Shown here piece after piece: positions 11,920-21,870 of a stretch of 64,000 bases of DNA. The notes under the pieces are model-generated. The model worked only from the letters and a program-made list of their open reading frames with translations, had not been told where the DNA came from and did no database searches. Both the position numbers and the translations under genes were made by a program. Each line of letters opens with the position of its first letter. The stretch's first letter is position 1. Source of the stretch: an uncultured Planctomycetaceae bacterium (GTDB lineage Bacteria; Planctomycetota; Planctomycetia; Pirellulales; PALSA-1355); the NCBI GenBank assembly GCA_963785305.1, contig CAWAUV010000007.1, positions 2,172,615 through 2,236,614 on the forward strand, read 5' to 3'.

Positions 11920-13573
11920 GTGGCGAGTCTTCGCATTGTTTCCGGCCCCGCGGCCGGGCATAGCTATGTCATGATCGGCGACGAATCGGTTGTCGGTCGC
12001 GACCAGTTCTGCGAGGTCGTGCTGCCTTCGCACAGTGTCTCGCGGCAACATGCCCGCATCGTGCGCGATGACAACCGCTACTTCATCGAGGACCTCAACA
12101 GTCTCAACGGCACGTATGTCAACGGCGCGAAGATTTCGCGTCGCACGCCGCTCCGCGATCAAGATCGCATTCACATCTACGAGACCGTGCTCACGTTTCA
12201 CGATGGCGTGTTGGGGGCGCCCTCGCCCAATGGCGGCGTGGCGCACAACGACTCCGACGGCGTTCCGACGCTCGAGATGCGCGTGCTTGGATCTCTCGAT
12301 GGCAAGGCCGAGCGGCTCGATATCGACGCCGCCTCGAAGCTGCGCGCCGTGCTGGACATCACTCGGCGGCTGGGCCGGATCACCGATGTCGACGATTTTC
12401 TCCCCCGGGTGCTCGATAGTCTTTTCGAGGTTTTTCCCCAAGCCGAACGCGGCTATATTCTCTTGCCCGACGAATCCAGCGGCTCGCTTCGGCTCGCGGC
12501 CGCCAAGCTCCGCCGCGGCGATTCCGACGGCTCGCTCACGCTCGGGCCGATCAGTCGCACCGTGGCCTCTCGCGTCATGGAGCAGGGCGAGGCGGTGCTC
12601 AGTGTCGGCGCCGGCGCCACGGCCAGCGTGCTCGACGATTCTGATTCGCTCTCGCAAATGTCGGCTCCGCTGATCGGGTCGGTCGACCCACCGCTGGGCA
12701 TTTTACATGTCGAGTCGCAAGACGCGGAGCAAGCGTTCGACGCCGCGGATCTCGATGTGCTGGTGAGCGTGGCGGCCGTGGCGGCCCATGCCATTGCCCG
12801 CGCCGGCGCCCAGGAGGCCCGCCTGCGACTCGACCGCCGCGAACGCGAACTCGCCACGGCCCGCGAAGTGCAGCTTCACTTCTTGCCGCCCAAAGCGCCC
12901 GAGATCGCGGGCTACCATTTCTTCGAGTATTACCGGGCGGCCGACGATGTGGGCGGCGATTACTTCGGCTACATTCCCATGACCGATGGCCGGCTGGCGA
13001 TCGCGATGGGCGATGTGTCGGGCAAGGGCATTTCGGCGGCGCTGCTCGATGGCGCGGCTTTGTTCCGATGTGCGGTTTTGCGTGGCCACCACCCCCGGCC
13101 CGGTCGAGGCGGTGGAGCGACTGCATCGGGAACTGACCGGTCCGGCGCTGGCCGATCGGTTTGTCACATTTCAGCTTCTGGTGCTCGATCCGAGGGAACA
13201 TCGGCTCACGGTCGTGAGCGCCGGCCACATGCCGCCCTTGGTGCGTCGCGGCGGCAATGGACTGCTAGAAGAGGTGGGCATCGCCGAAGCCGGACCGCCG
13301 CTCGGCTTCGAGCACTCGCGGCGCTACTCCGGGGCCGAGCTCCAACTCGCGCCGGGCGATACCGTGGTGATGTATACCGACGGTATTCGCGACGCCACGA
13401 ATCGCGCCGGCCGCATCTTCGGTCGCCGCCGCACGATCCAGGCGATCGAACAAGGCGACGGCGCACCGCTCGCGATCGGCGGCGTGTTGCTCGAAGCGGT
13501 GCGAAAACATTGCGCCGGCGGGCCCCAGGCCGACGATATCTGCGTGGTGTGCTTCGGCCGCGACCGCGAATGA
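11920..13573 (+). CDS. FHA + GAF + SpoIIE (PP2C/RsbU-type) protein phosphatase (frameshift ~13045)
   Basis: FHA motifs VGR..., VSRQHA, DLNSLNGT; GAF segment; PP2C motifs VGGDYF, GDVSGKG, SAGH, YTDGI, DDI split across ORFs 11920-13755 and 12986-13573. Confidence 0.9.
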
Positions 13574-13579
13574 CGCGCG

Positions 13580-13755
13580 CTAGGGCTTTGTCCCAGTTAC
13601 AACGATGGATTGGATTCGTTCCGTGTGCCATGCCCACGGCCCCGCGTGGGCATGAGGACTTCGCGTGGCGCTTGAAAACATGCCCACTCAAGGCAGTGGG
13701 CATGGCACACGCGCAAACCGAATTATCCATCATTTCAGCCGTGAACGAGCACTAG
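13580..13755. repeat. ~175-bp imperfect palindrome (MITE/REPIN-like, family C) bounded by CTAG, with two internal REP-like hairpins
   Basis: Inner inverted units GTGCCATGCCCAC...GTGGGCATG and CATGCCCAC...GTGGGCATGGCAC; outer arms GATGGAT/ATCCATC; right arm shared with 35409-35444. Confidence 0.75.
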
Positions 13756-14294
13756 GGCGCGGCGACCGGCGCATTCGGCGCGGGTGTCGAGATCGTGGTC
13801 GAAGCGCCAGCCGCTGGCGCCTTCGCCCCGCCCGGGGGAGTGTTCGCGTCGGTCGTGATCGTCGAGCCCGGGAGCGGCGGCGCGGGCTCGCCGCGAGGCC
13901 GGGCCGAGATTCGCTGATAGCGCGCATGCAGTTCGTGGATTTCCGCCTCGCTGAGCCGCTCGATATCGATCAAACGGTCGCTCGCGCCGTCGAGCGAGGA
14001 CACAATCTCGTTGAGCTTGAGCTGCACGGCCATCGACTCTTTGTTTTGCGCACGTTGAATCAAGAAGACCATGAGAAACGTGACCACCGAGGTCAAGGTG
14101 TTGACCGCCAATTGCCAGGTGTCGCTGTAATCGAAGATTGGTCCGGTAATGGCCCAAACCGCGAGCACGGCCAAAGCGGCGCCAAATGCCCAGGAACTGC
14201 CGGTCCAGGCGATGGCCCGCTCGCCAAGGTATTCGGCCAGCGTGGTTTTGCGCCGCGGGGGCACGGCGCTATTCTCCGGCGACATCGCCATCAT
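13752..14294 (-). CDS. Low-affinity iron permease family protein (Fet4-like)
   Basis: WAITGPIFDYSDTWQLAVNTLTSVVTFLMVFLIQRAQNKES.AVQLKLNEI is the characteristic signature. Confidence 0.9.
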   Translation of the reverse strand: MMAMSPENSAVPPRRKTTLAEYLGERAIAWTGSSWAFGAALAVLAVWAITGPIFDYSDTWQLAVNTLTSVVTFLMVFLIQRAQNKESMAVQLKLNEIVSSLDGASDRLIDIERLSEAEIHELHARYQRISARPRGEPAPPLPGSTITTDANTPPGGAKAPAAGASTTISTPAPNAPVAAP

Positions 14295-14374
14295 GTGCCC
14301 ATTATCTGCTTGGTGTCGGAAGTGATTGAAAGAGAAACGTGAAGGCGCCGGCCCGACCTTGGCGCGGCTGCCTT

Positions 14375-15595
14375 TCAAAACGCGTCGAGCTCGTCCATCA
14401 GCGCGTCGAGGTCGTCTTTCGGTCCCGAGGGCTTATCGGCTTGGCGCTTGGGTATGCCCACGGCGAGCCCCACCGCGTCGCGGCCCACGGCCACCAGCTC
14501 CACGTCGCGCTCTTGAGCCGCCAATTCGACCGCGCTCGGGGCGCCGAACAATTGCGAAAGGTCGATCTTGATCCCGCCGGCCGCTTCGCCCTCGCTGCCC
14601 GCGATCGCGGGGGTCTTGTGCTGCGGAAACATGATCGCATTGGCCGGACACACTCGGCTACAAGCCGGGCAACCCTTGCGACAATTGTCGGGCTGTTCGA
14701 CCAGAATCATCTCCGCCCGATCGACGCCATACACGCCGAACAGGCAAAAATCGATGCACTCCATGCAATTCGTGCAGCGGCTATAATCGATCACCGGATA
14801 CCAGCGCCGCTCGGCGGTCTCGGCGATGCGGGTCGGCCCGGTGGCGGCGGAATCGGCGCCGTGCGATCCATTTTCGCTCACGCCGTTTGCCGAGTGGGCC
14901 GCGACGCGAGCCAGCCCCATTGTCGCGGCGGCGCTCGCCGCGCCGAAGAGATCGATAAATCCCGCCGGCGCTTGCGCCGCGGTCGTGGGGTCGATCGCGA
15001 CATCGATCGCGGGTTCGACCGGCGCTCGACGCGCTTCGATCGCGGGCGATTCCGAGCGGCGGTTCGGACCAAGGCCGATCGACACCAGCTCGACCGACGC
15101 CGCCGCCACGATCCGCCGAATCTCGGTCAGATACGGCTCGGCGTCGCGATGAGCGCGAAGGTCGAGACAGTAGATCGCGCGATCGGGCGTCGGCCGCTTG
15201 GACTCGACCGCGAGAGTCGCGTCGCGTGCCTCATCGGTCCCGCCAGCATCGTCGGCGTCGCGCGAACCGTCGGAATTCTCCTCGTCGTCGTGGTCTTCTT
15301 CGTCGGCTTCGGCGGCCAACTGCGTGCGACCTTCGCGGCCGCGAACGCCTTGGCGATCAAGTGTCCAAAACGCCGCGCGCGGAAACAGCCAACTCGCCAC
15401 GATCATGTCGCCGCGAATGCCTTCGAGACACAAAGCGCCGGTCGAGCCGGGCGCAAGGTCGTATAAGTGGGGCACGACCACCACTTCAATGCCCGCGGCG
15501 CCCAAGAGCCCGGCCACGAGCGATTCTTCCAATCGCCGCTTGTCGGGCTGAGCGCTCTGCCCCTGGGAAATGACTACCGTGATGCGTTTGGCCAT
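14375..15595 (-). CDS. Ferredoxin-family protein with C-terminal 2x[4Fe-4S] domain and uncharacterised N-terminal domain
   Basis: CTNCMECIDFC and CRKGCPACSRVCP motifs; acidic and Ala-rich linkers; start MAKRITVV. Confidence 0.85.
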   Translation of the reverse strand: MAKRITVVISQGQSAQPDKRRLEESLVAGLLGAAGIEVVVVPHLYDLAPGSTGALCLEGIRGDMIVASWLFPRAAFWTLDRQGVRGREGRTQLAAEADEEDHDDEENSDGSRDADDAGGTDEARDATLAVESKRPTPDRAIYCLDLRAHRDAEPYLTEIRRIVAAASVELVSIGLGPNRRSESPAIEARRAPVEPAIDVAIDPTTAAQAPAGFIDLFGAASAAATMGLARVAAHSANGVSENGSHGADSAATGPTRIAETAERRWYPVIDYSRCTNCMECIDFCLFGVYGVDRAEMILVEQPDNCRKGCPACSRVCPANAIMFPQHKTPAIAGSEGEAAGGIKIDLSQLFGAPSAVELAAQERDVELVAVGRDAVGLAVGIPKRQADKPSGPKDDLDALMDELDAF

Positions 15596-15680
15596 AACAA
15601 TATCGTATCCCGTTTGCATGGAAGTCGCGATCTTGGCCCGGCGAAACGCGGGCAAAAATCCAGGTGGGGCAGCGTTCGGT

Positions 15681-16158
15681 TCAGTCGTTCATTTGTCCCT
15701 TGATCGCGCGCTCGGCGATCTTCCAGGCCGCCGCGAGATGCACAAGATATTCCTCGGGCGAAAGCAACTCACGGCCCTGGCCCGACATTTCGAATAGCCA
15801 TCCGCGCCCATGGGCATCGACATTCACGGCGCCGGATCGCCGAGCGTCTCGGCGTTGAAGGACTCGAGCCGGCCCGCGATCGGGGCGAACAATTCGCTTT
15901 CCGCTTTCGAGCTCTCGATCGAGCCGATCGACTGGCGCTCGACGAGGGCGGCGCCTGCGTCGATCGTCCAATCGAGAAAGTATACATCCTGAAGCAGCCG
16001 CACGGCGTAGGCGGTGAAGCCAAATCGCCAGAGGCCGCCGCATGGCCGAGCCCACATGTGGTTCTTCGCATAGCGGCGATCCACGGGAATCGTGGCCTCG
16101 AATCGCCCCATGGCGAAATTCAGCGACGGCGGCGCGTCGTCGGCCTCGGCGCGCTCAT
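15681..16158 (-). CDS. GcvH-like lipoyl-carrier-fold protein (frameshifts near 16150 and 15830)
   Basis: RYAKNHMW...FGFTAYAVRLLQDVYFL...IGSIESSKAESELFAP (lipoyl-Lys position retained)...VNVDAHGRGWLFE. ATG overlaps the radical SAM stop; alternative start at 16111. Confidence 0.85.
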
Positions 16159-17462
16159 GTGTAGCGCACTCCGCGATGTTCGGGCTCGAAGAAGGCCGGC
16201 AACAGGGCGTCGACCCGGAGCAGCCCCTCGCGCGTGAGCAAGACCCGATCGTCTTCCACTCGCAGATAGCCGTCTTCTTGATATTCATGCCAGACGTCGC
16301 GCCAGTGTTCGAGGATATCGACATCGAACTTGCGCTGGAAGTAACCAGCTTCGAGACGGCCGGTCTTGAGTTGCAACACGAGCTCGCGCACCAGCCGTTG
16401 ATGCGGGGTCGGCCGCATCCCGCGCGAGAGCGGCAGCTCGCCCCGATCAAGCGCACCGACATAGCCGGCCCAGTCGGGTTGGTTTTGATAATGCACCCCC
16501 GAGGCATGCCCGAAGCTTGCCACGCCGGTGGCCAACAAATCCGCGCCTTGCCAGAGATTGTCGCGGTAGCTGAAGTTGATTTTGTGTTTGTCTTTCACGA
16601 GCGTGTAACCGCTCGACACGCCGTAGCCTGCCGCTTCGAACACGTCGAAGGCATAGGCGACCCAGGCCCGCTTGGTCGCCCAATCGGCCACGGGCGTTTC
16701 GATCTTGTTGCCGAGAATGTCCTTGGAATACACCGTGTTGAACGGCAGTTCCATTTGATAGATGGTGACACTATCGGGTTCCAGCGTCAGGGTCTTGGCG
16801 ACGGAGTCTTTCCAGTTATCCCAAGTCTCGCCGACCATACCCGAGATCAGGTCGATATTCACATTCGGAAAGTCCGCGGCGCGAATCCAGTCCCAGGCTT
16901 TGTAGACTTCGGCCGAGAGATGGGCCCGGCCGTTTTCCTCAAGCACGGCGTCGCCGAAGTTTTCCACTCCCAAGCTCAGCCGCGTGACGCCGAGCGACTT
17001 GAGCGTGGCCACCTTGGGCTGCGAGAGGGTGCCAGGCTCGCATTCGAAAGTGACTTCCTCGGCCTGATCCCAATTGATATTGGCCCGCAACCGGTCGACA
17101 AGCGACGTGAGTTGCTTGGCGCTGAGAAATGAAGGAGTGCCGCCACCGAAGTAGACGAAGCGAAACGGCCGCCCGCCCATGACCGGCAATCGGCTCACGA
17201 GCTCGATCTCGCGCGACAGGGCCGCGACATAGGTTTCCACATCGCTCGCGTTTTTGTCGGTGTACACGCGAAAGTAGCAGAACTTGCATCGCTTGCGGCA
17301 GAAGGGAATATGCAAATACAGTCCGAGCGGCGTGGGCGCTAGCGGGGGCGACTCGAGCACCGCGCGCACATCGACGAGCGCCTCGGCCGACCACCGCGAA
17401 AACGGCGGGTAGTTCGAAATAAAGTAACTGCCGACTTCGGTCTTGCTGGTTTCCGTGGCCAT
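16155..17462 (-). CDS. HemN-like (coproporphyrinogen III oxidase family / class C) radical SAM protein
   Basis: YLHIPFCRKRCKFCYF (CxxxCxxC), YFGGGTPS, HemN-like C-terminal LTREG; start MATETSK. Confidence 0.9.
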   Translation of the reverse strand: MATETSKTEVGSYFISNYPPFSRWSAEALVDVRAVLESPPLAPTPLGLYLHIPFCRKRCKFCYFRVYTDKNASDVETYVAALSREIELVSRLPVMGGRPFRFVYFGGGTPSFLSAKQLTSLVDRLRANINWDQAEEVTFECEPGTLSQPKVATLKSLGVTRLSLGVENFGDAVLEENGRAHLSAEVYKAWDWIRAADFPNVNIDLISGMVGETWDNWKDSVAKTLTLEPDSVTIYQMELPFNTVYSKDILGNKIETPVADWATKRAWVAYAFDVFEAAGYGVSSGYTLVKDKHKINFSYRDNLWQGADLLATGVASFGHASGVHYQNQPDWAGYVGALDRGELPLSRGMRPTPHQRLVRELVLQLKTGRLEAGYFQRKFDVDILEHWRDVWHEYQEDGYLRVEDDRVLLTREGLLRVDALLPAFFEPEHRGVRYT

Positions 17463-17530
17463 CGACAGAACGCTCCGCGAGAAGGAATGCAACCTGTTTT
17501 TCCAGCGCCGTGTTCGGGCGGCCCGCTCGT

Positions 17531-18736
17531 TTATCTTACACGCTCCGCCGCCGCTTTGCTCGGCTCGGGCTGGGCGGAATTGCCTCCAAAACACCAGAGC
17601 GCGCCTTTCGAGGCCCCGATCACGAGCTTGCCCTCGGCCACGGCCGGCGAGGCGACGATCTCGCCCCCCGCATCGAACTGCCAAACCGGGCGGCCGCTTT
17701 TGCGATCCACGGCCGTGAGCCGGCCATCGGACGAGCCAAAAAAGATTCTTTCGCCCACGAGCACCGGCGAGGAATCGACGCGGCCCTTGGCGGCGAAGCT
17801 CCACAGCTTGTGACCATCGATCGGCGACACGGCATGCACCTGTTTGTCGCGCCCTCCGTAGACCACGAGCCCCTCGGCCACGGCCGCCGAACTGCGCAGC
17901 GGCTGGCTCCGCTCGGCGCGAACTTTCCACGCGATCTTGGCCTGCCGCCAATCGACGCCATAGAAAGAGCCGCCCTCGGTTCCAAAAAACGCCATATCGC
18001 CTAGCACCGCGGGAGTCGAGCCCGTGGGACCATCGATGGTCACCGCGTCGATCGCTTCGCCCGTGTCGAGATTGATCATGTGGAGCTTGCCATCGCAACC
18101 GGCGATGAAGGCGCGATTTTCCACCACCGTGGGCGAACATCGAATCTGATCGCCGATCGTGTGCTTCCAGGCTTCGCGACCGGTGGCGGCCTCGAAGGCA
18201 CGGAGCGAGGCGTCTTGCGAGCCGACGAGCACCAGGTCGCGATAGAAATTGGCGGCCGAGTCGATTTCGGCGCCGGTCGAGGCGCTCCATAGTTCCTTGC
18301 CATCGCGCGTGTCGAAGGCATGAAAGCCGCCGTCGGCGTCGCCGACGAATACTCGGCCATCGCGCACCGCCGCCGTGGCGACGTACGCGGTTTTCGCGCG
18401 ATGCTTCCAAAGCTCCCGGCCGGTGGCCAATTCCAGCGCCGCGAACTCGCCATCGAGATCGCCGATATATACCACGCCGCCTTCAATGACCGCCGTGGCC
18501 TCGTAGCCGCTCTTTTGCGGAACACGCTTCCAGACCACGTTCAACGATTCGGGCAGCGGCGATTCGGCCACGCCGGTGGCTTGGGCATTGCCGCGAAAGA
18601 GCGGCCAATCGGCGCCCGGTTTATGTTCGGCGGCCCCGGCCAAGGGCGGCGCCATCGCCGCGAGCAACGCGCCGATGGACAACGCGCCGATAGAAATGGC
18701 GCCGATAGACATTGCGCCGGCGTCCAGCGCGTCCAT
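17531..18736 (-). CDS. Secreted PQQ-like (BamB-type) beta-propeller repeat protein
   Basis: Signal peptide, DWPLFRGN, repeated SSPV/A...G.DG.L.A.D..TG...W blades. Confidence 0.88.
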   Translation of the reverse strand: MDALDAGAMSIGAISIGALSIGALLAAMAPPLAGAAEHKPGADWPLFRGNAQATGVAESPLPESLNVVWKRVPQKSGYEATAVIEGGVVYIGDLDGEFAALELATGRELWKHRAKTAYVATAAVRDGRVFVGDADGGFHAFDTRDGKELWSASTGAEIDSAANFYRDLVLVGSQDASLRAFEAATGREAWKHTIGDQIRCSPTVVENRAFIAGCDGKLHMINLDTGEAIDAVTIDGPTGSTPAVLGDMAFFGTEGGSFYGVDWRQAKIAWKVRAERSQPLRSSAAVAEGLVVYGGRDKQVHAVSPIDGHKLWSFAAKGRVDSSPVLVGERIFFGSSDGRLTAVDRKSGRPVWQFDAGGEIVASPAVAEGKLVIGASKGALWCFGGNSAQPEPSKAAAERVR

Positions 18737-18801
18737 GCGCGCGATTGCCGGCCAATGCTTTGCCCGCCGAAGGCGGTGGACACTTTGCGCGGTCAGGGTT
18801 T

Positions 18802-19954
18802 TCAAAACGCCGCCTCGTAGAGAGATAAGAGCTCCGGCTCGCTCACCGGCCGGGGATTGAAACTGCCGGTCCATTGCGTGGCCGCTTCACTGGCAAGCCG
18901 CGGCAAGCGGTCCCGCTCGACACCGCTCGCCGAGAGCTTGGCCGGCAATCCCGCCTCGCTCACGAGGCTCGCCACGAAGTCGGCCAGCCCGGCGGACCCC
19001 GCGTCGACGCGCGGGAAACCGTGGACCCCGGCCACTCCCAAGAGTAGTTCGTGATACCAATCGCCAAACTGCTCGCCATTGAAACGGATCACATGCGGCA
19101 ACATCATGCCGATCGCCTGTCCATGCACGATGCCGTAGTTCGCCGTGAGCGGATTGGCCAGCGCATGCGCGGCGCCCAACATCGAATTCTCGATCGCCAG
19201 CCCGGCGAAGCAGAGCGCCAAGCTGCATGCCGGACCGGGCTTCGAGGTCGTCGGGCGAACGGAGCACGCGCGAAAAGTTCTCGCCCAAGAGCGACCAAGC
19301 TTCGCGGCTAAAGGCCAACGACATCGGGCTCCGGGCCTTGGTCACATAGGTTTCGAGCGCGTGCGAGAGGGCATCGATTCCGGTCAGGGCCGTCACGCTC
19401 GGCGGCTGCGAGAGCGTGAGCGTGGGATCGAGAATCGCCACACGAAAAGCCGCCTTCTTGTCGCCGCAGGCCATCTTCGCATGGGTCACGGCATCGGAGA
19501 TCAGGGCAAACGATTGGGTTTCGCTGCCGGTGCCGGCCGTGGTGGGCGCGGCGATCATCGGCAGCATCGGCTTGGTGGCCTTGCCCACGCCCCAATAGTC
19601 CTGCATCCGACCGCCGCAGGAATGAATGAAATTGATGCCTTTGGCGCAATCCATCGAACTGCCGCCGCCCAGGCCCACGATCAGGTCGGGCAGCCATTCG
19701 CGCGCGTGCTCGACGCCCTCGGCCACATGCCGCGTGGTCGGATTCTCGCGCACTCCGTCGAACAGTTCACATTCGACCCCGGCCGCGCGAAGCGACTCCA
19801 TGCCGGCCGCCACATGCCCGATGGCCACAATGCCGGGATCGCTCACCACCAATGCCCGCCGTGCGCCGAACTCGGCCGCGAGCGATCCGAGCGATTCGAT
19901 CGTGCGCGGACCAAACACGATCCGAGTGCGAGATTGAAAGTCAAACGGTTTCAC
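18802..19954 (-). CDS. Iron-containing alcohol dehydrogenase (frameshift ~19212)
   Basis: [44 protein letters not shown]. Confidence 0.93.
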
Positions 19955-20122
19955 GCGAGCTCGTGGGGTTCAAGAAAGCGATAAATTCCGGGCAGGCTTG
20001 ATTTCCAAGGAGGGCTCTGGCGTCGCGGTGGGCAGGAAGGAACTCTGGGGGGGGTAATCGCCGTGGGCAGTTAAACGTCGGATTTCACGATAGCGGCGGT
20101 GCGCCGTGGCGACGCGGGCCAT

Positions 20123-21567
20123 TTACGCCGGCGCGAGCGCCGCCAAGCGCTCCGCCGGAATCTGAAACGCCCGGGCACGGAACAAAAAGTCGACGATATT
20201 GCCTTCATGCGGCTGGAGCCAATCCAGTTTGTTCGTGGGGATCGGGCCGATGTTCAGTCGGTCGATATGCACCGCGTCGGTCAGGGCCCGCTGCCAAGCC
20301 GCGTCGTTCGTGATCGCCGTGGCCACGAGCGTGTAGCCCAGCGATTCGATCATCCTAGCTTGCGGGCAACTCACCACCGACACGAACGGGAACATGTACT
20401 CCTTCTTCACGATCGGCTCCTCGGGCGAGGCGGCGAGCGCCACCGTGGGCCGCAAATAGCCGCAGCGCTCGAGTTCCACGAGCCGCGGGCCGAAGGCTTC
20501 CGTGAGATGCTTCGCCCCCGGCGATTTGAGGTCGGCTTCGATCGCGTTCCAAATACCCGCCGCGGCGCCCGGCACGGTAAAGGCCGCGAGGCCGGCCGCG
20601 GGATCGTCGGGCGGTTTGACTTCCACGGGGCCAAGCCGCTCCGCCAAGGCCGCGGCGATTTTGTCCGCGTGGCGCGAGGCCCAAATGCTCGAGCAGTTGA
20701 TGCAGCTTCGGCCGCCGTTGGCATACACGCTCTCGACCATCGGATCGAGATAGTCTTCCCAACGATCGACCACGTCGTCGCCCAGCAGGATCTTGCTGAA
20801 GCCGGGTCCATGGACCTGCACGCGCGGGTTGCCGCGGTAACGATCGATCGTCGCTTGGCCGCCGAAGATCATGCTGCGACCGCAGGTGTTCATGATCGCG
20901 CCGCCGACATCGTGTCCGCCAGGATAGAGGCCAATCGCCTCGGCCGGCACTCCGGCCTCGACCATGGCGGCGGTCATGCGATAGGCGGTCCAGGGCTCTT
21001 GCGCCCTGGCTTAAGCACCAAGCCGATTTGCATCGGCACGACCGGCAGCCACAGCGTATGCACGCCCGGCGAATTGCTCGGTAGCACGAGCCCAAGGACC
21101 GGAGTTTGGGCCTGATAGCTCACGACCACTCCGCGGCTCTCGCGGCCATAGCCCTGGGTGAGGATCGAGAGGTCGAGCCCTCGAGTCAGAGCGTCGAGCA
21201 TGCGGCGCATATTCGCGAGCACGAAGTGATTCTTGTGCATGTTGGCCCGGCACATCCCCTCGGGCAGACCGGTCGTGGCCGATTGCGCGCGGACGAAGGC
21301 GTCGGGCGATTGCGTGCCGGCGCCGATCGGGAGTTCGGCGTTTAAGAAGAGCTCGCCGGCGCGGGCCATGCGATCGATCAAGTCTTCGCAAGAAAGAGCC
21401 CGCAGGGCGTCGCGCGCCTGGCCCGCCTTGCGCATATCGCGCTCGACTAGCCCGCCGCCGGCCTGACCGATCTTGGCGACCGGCTCGCCGGTGAGGAAAT
21501 GGACGAGCGTGTCGGTCTCGAGCGATTCGTAAGGCTTGCCCCACCGCAGAATAGGAAGATTCAGCAC
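20123..21567 (-). CDS. ALDH-fold acyl reductase (GriD/EhpG/LuxC-like; frameshift ~21005)
   Basis: LPSNSP, LKPG, catalytic Cys region GGRSCINCS, EYMFP; HGPGFSK where hydrolytic ALDHs have ELGGK. Confidence 0.85.
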
Positions 21568-21743
21568 GTCGCGTCACTCCGGCAAATTGTTTTTATAGGC
21601 TCGCGGGTCGGGATATTTCCCGGACTTGGTGTTCACTTGACGGGCGATATCCGGTTTCCTCGCCGACGCTTCGGGCCGACGAACGGCCGCGGCCGCGCCT
21701 TTCCAATCACAACCCGAAACGTAAGTGAGGGCAGGGAAGCCGT

Positions 21744-21828
21744 TGAGAGCCTACCCGGCAACTCCTCTTCTCCTCGTGGAGGAATGGGGAGGGCGAGGGC
21801 ACGCCGAAGTTCATCGGATAGGTTCTTA
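21744..21828 (-). repeat. MITE/REP-like family A, copy 1 (~85 bp)
   Basis: Reverse complement AGAACCTATCCGATGAACTTCGGCGTGCCCTCGCCCTCCCC...GAGTTGCCGGGTAGG matches 31883-31962 and 57755-57839; TIR ~CCTATCCGA/TCGGATAGG. Confidence 0.75.
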
Positions 21829-21870
21829 ACTTCGCCCACACCCTGAGTACATGGCTCGAACCAAAACCTT

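Noticed and set aside
15681..16158. Canonical glycine cleavage system
   Set aside because: No gcvP/gcvT adjacent and the sequence is divergent, so it is called GcvH-like without a gene symbol.
16155..18410. 751-aa radical SAM fusion protein
   Set aside because: The N-terminal 315 aa are an alternate frame of the PQQ-propeller gene; the real start is MATETSK at 17462.
18666..18720. 15-bp degenerate tandem repeat (GAMSI/GAISI/GALSI)
   Set aside because: In-frame expansion in a signal-peptide region; unlikely to be functional on its own.
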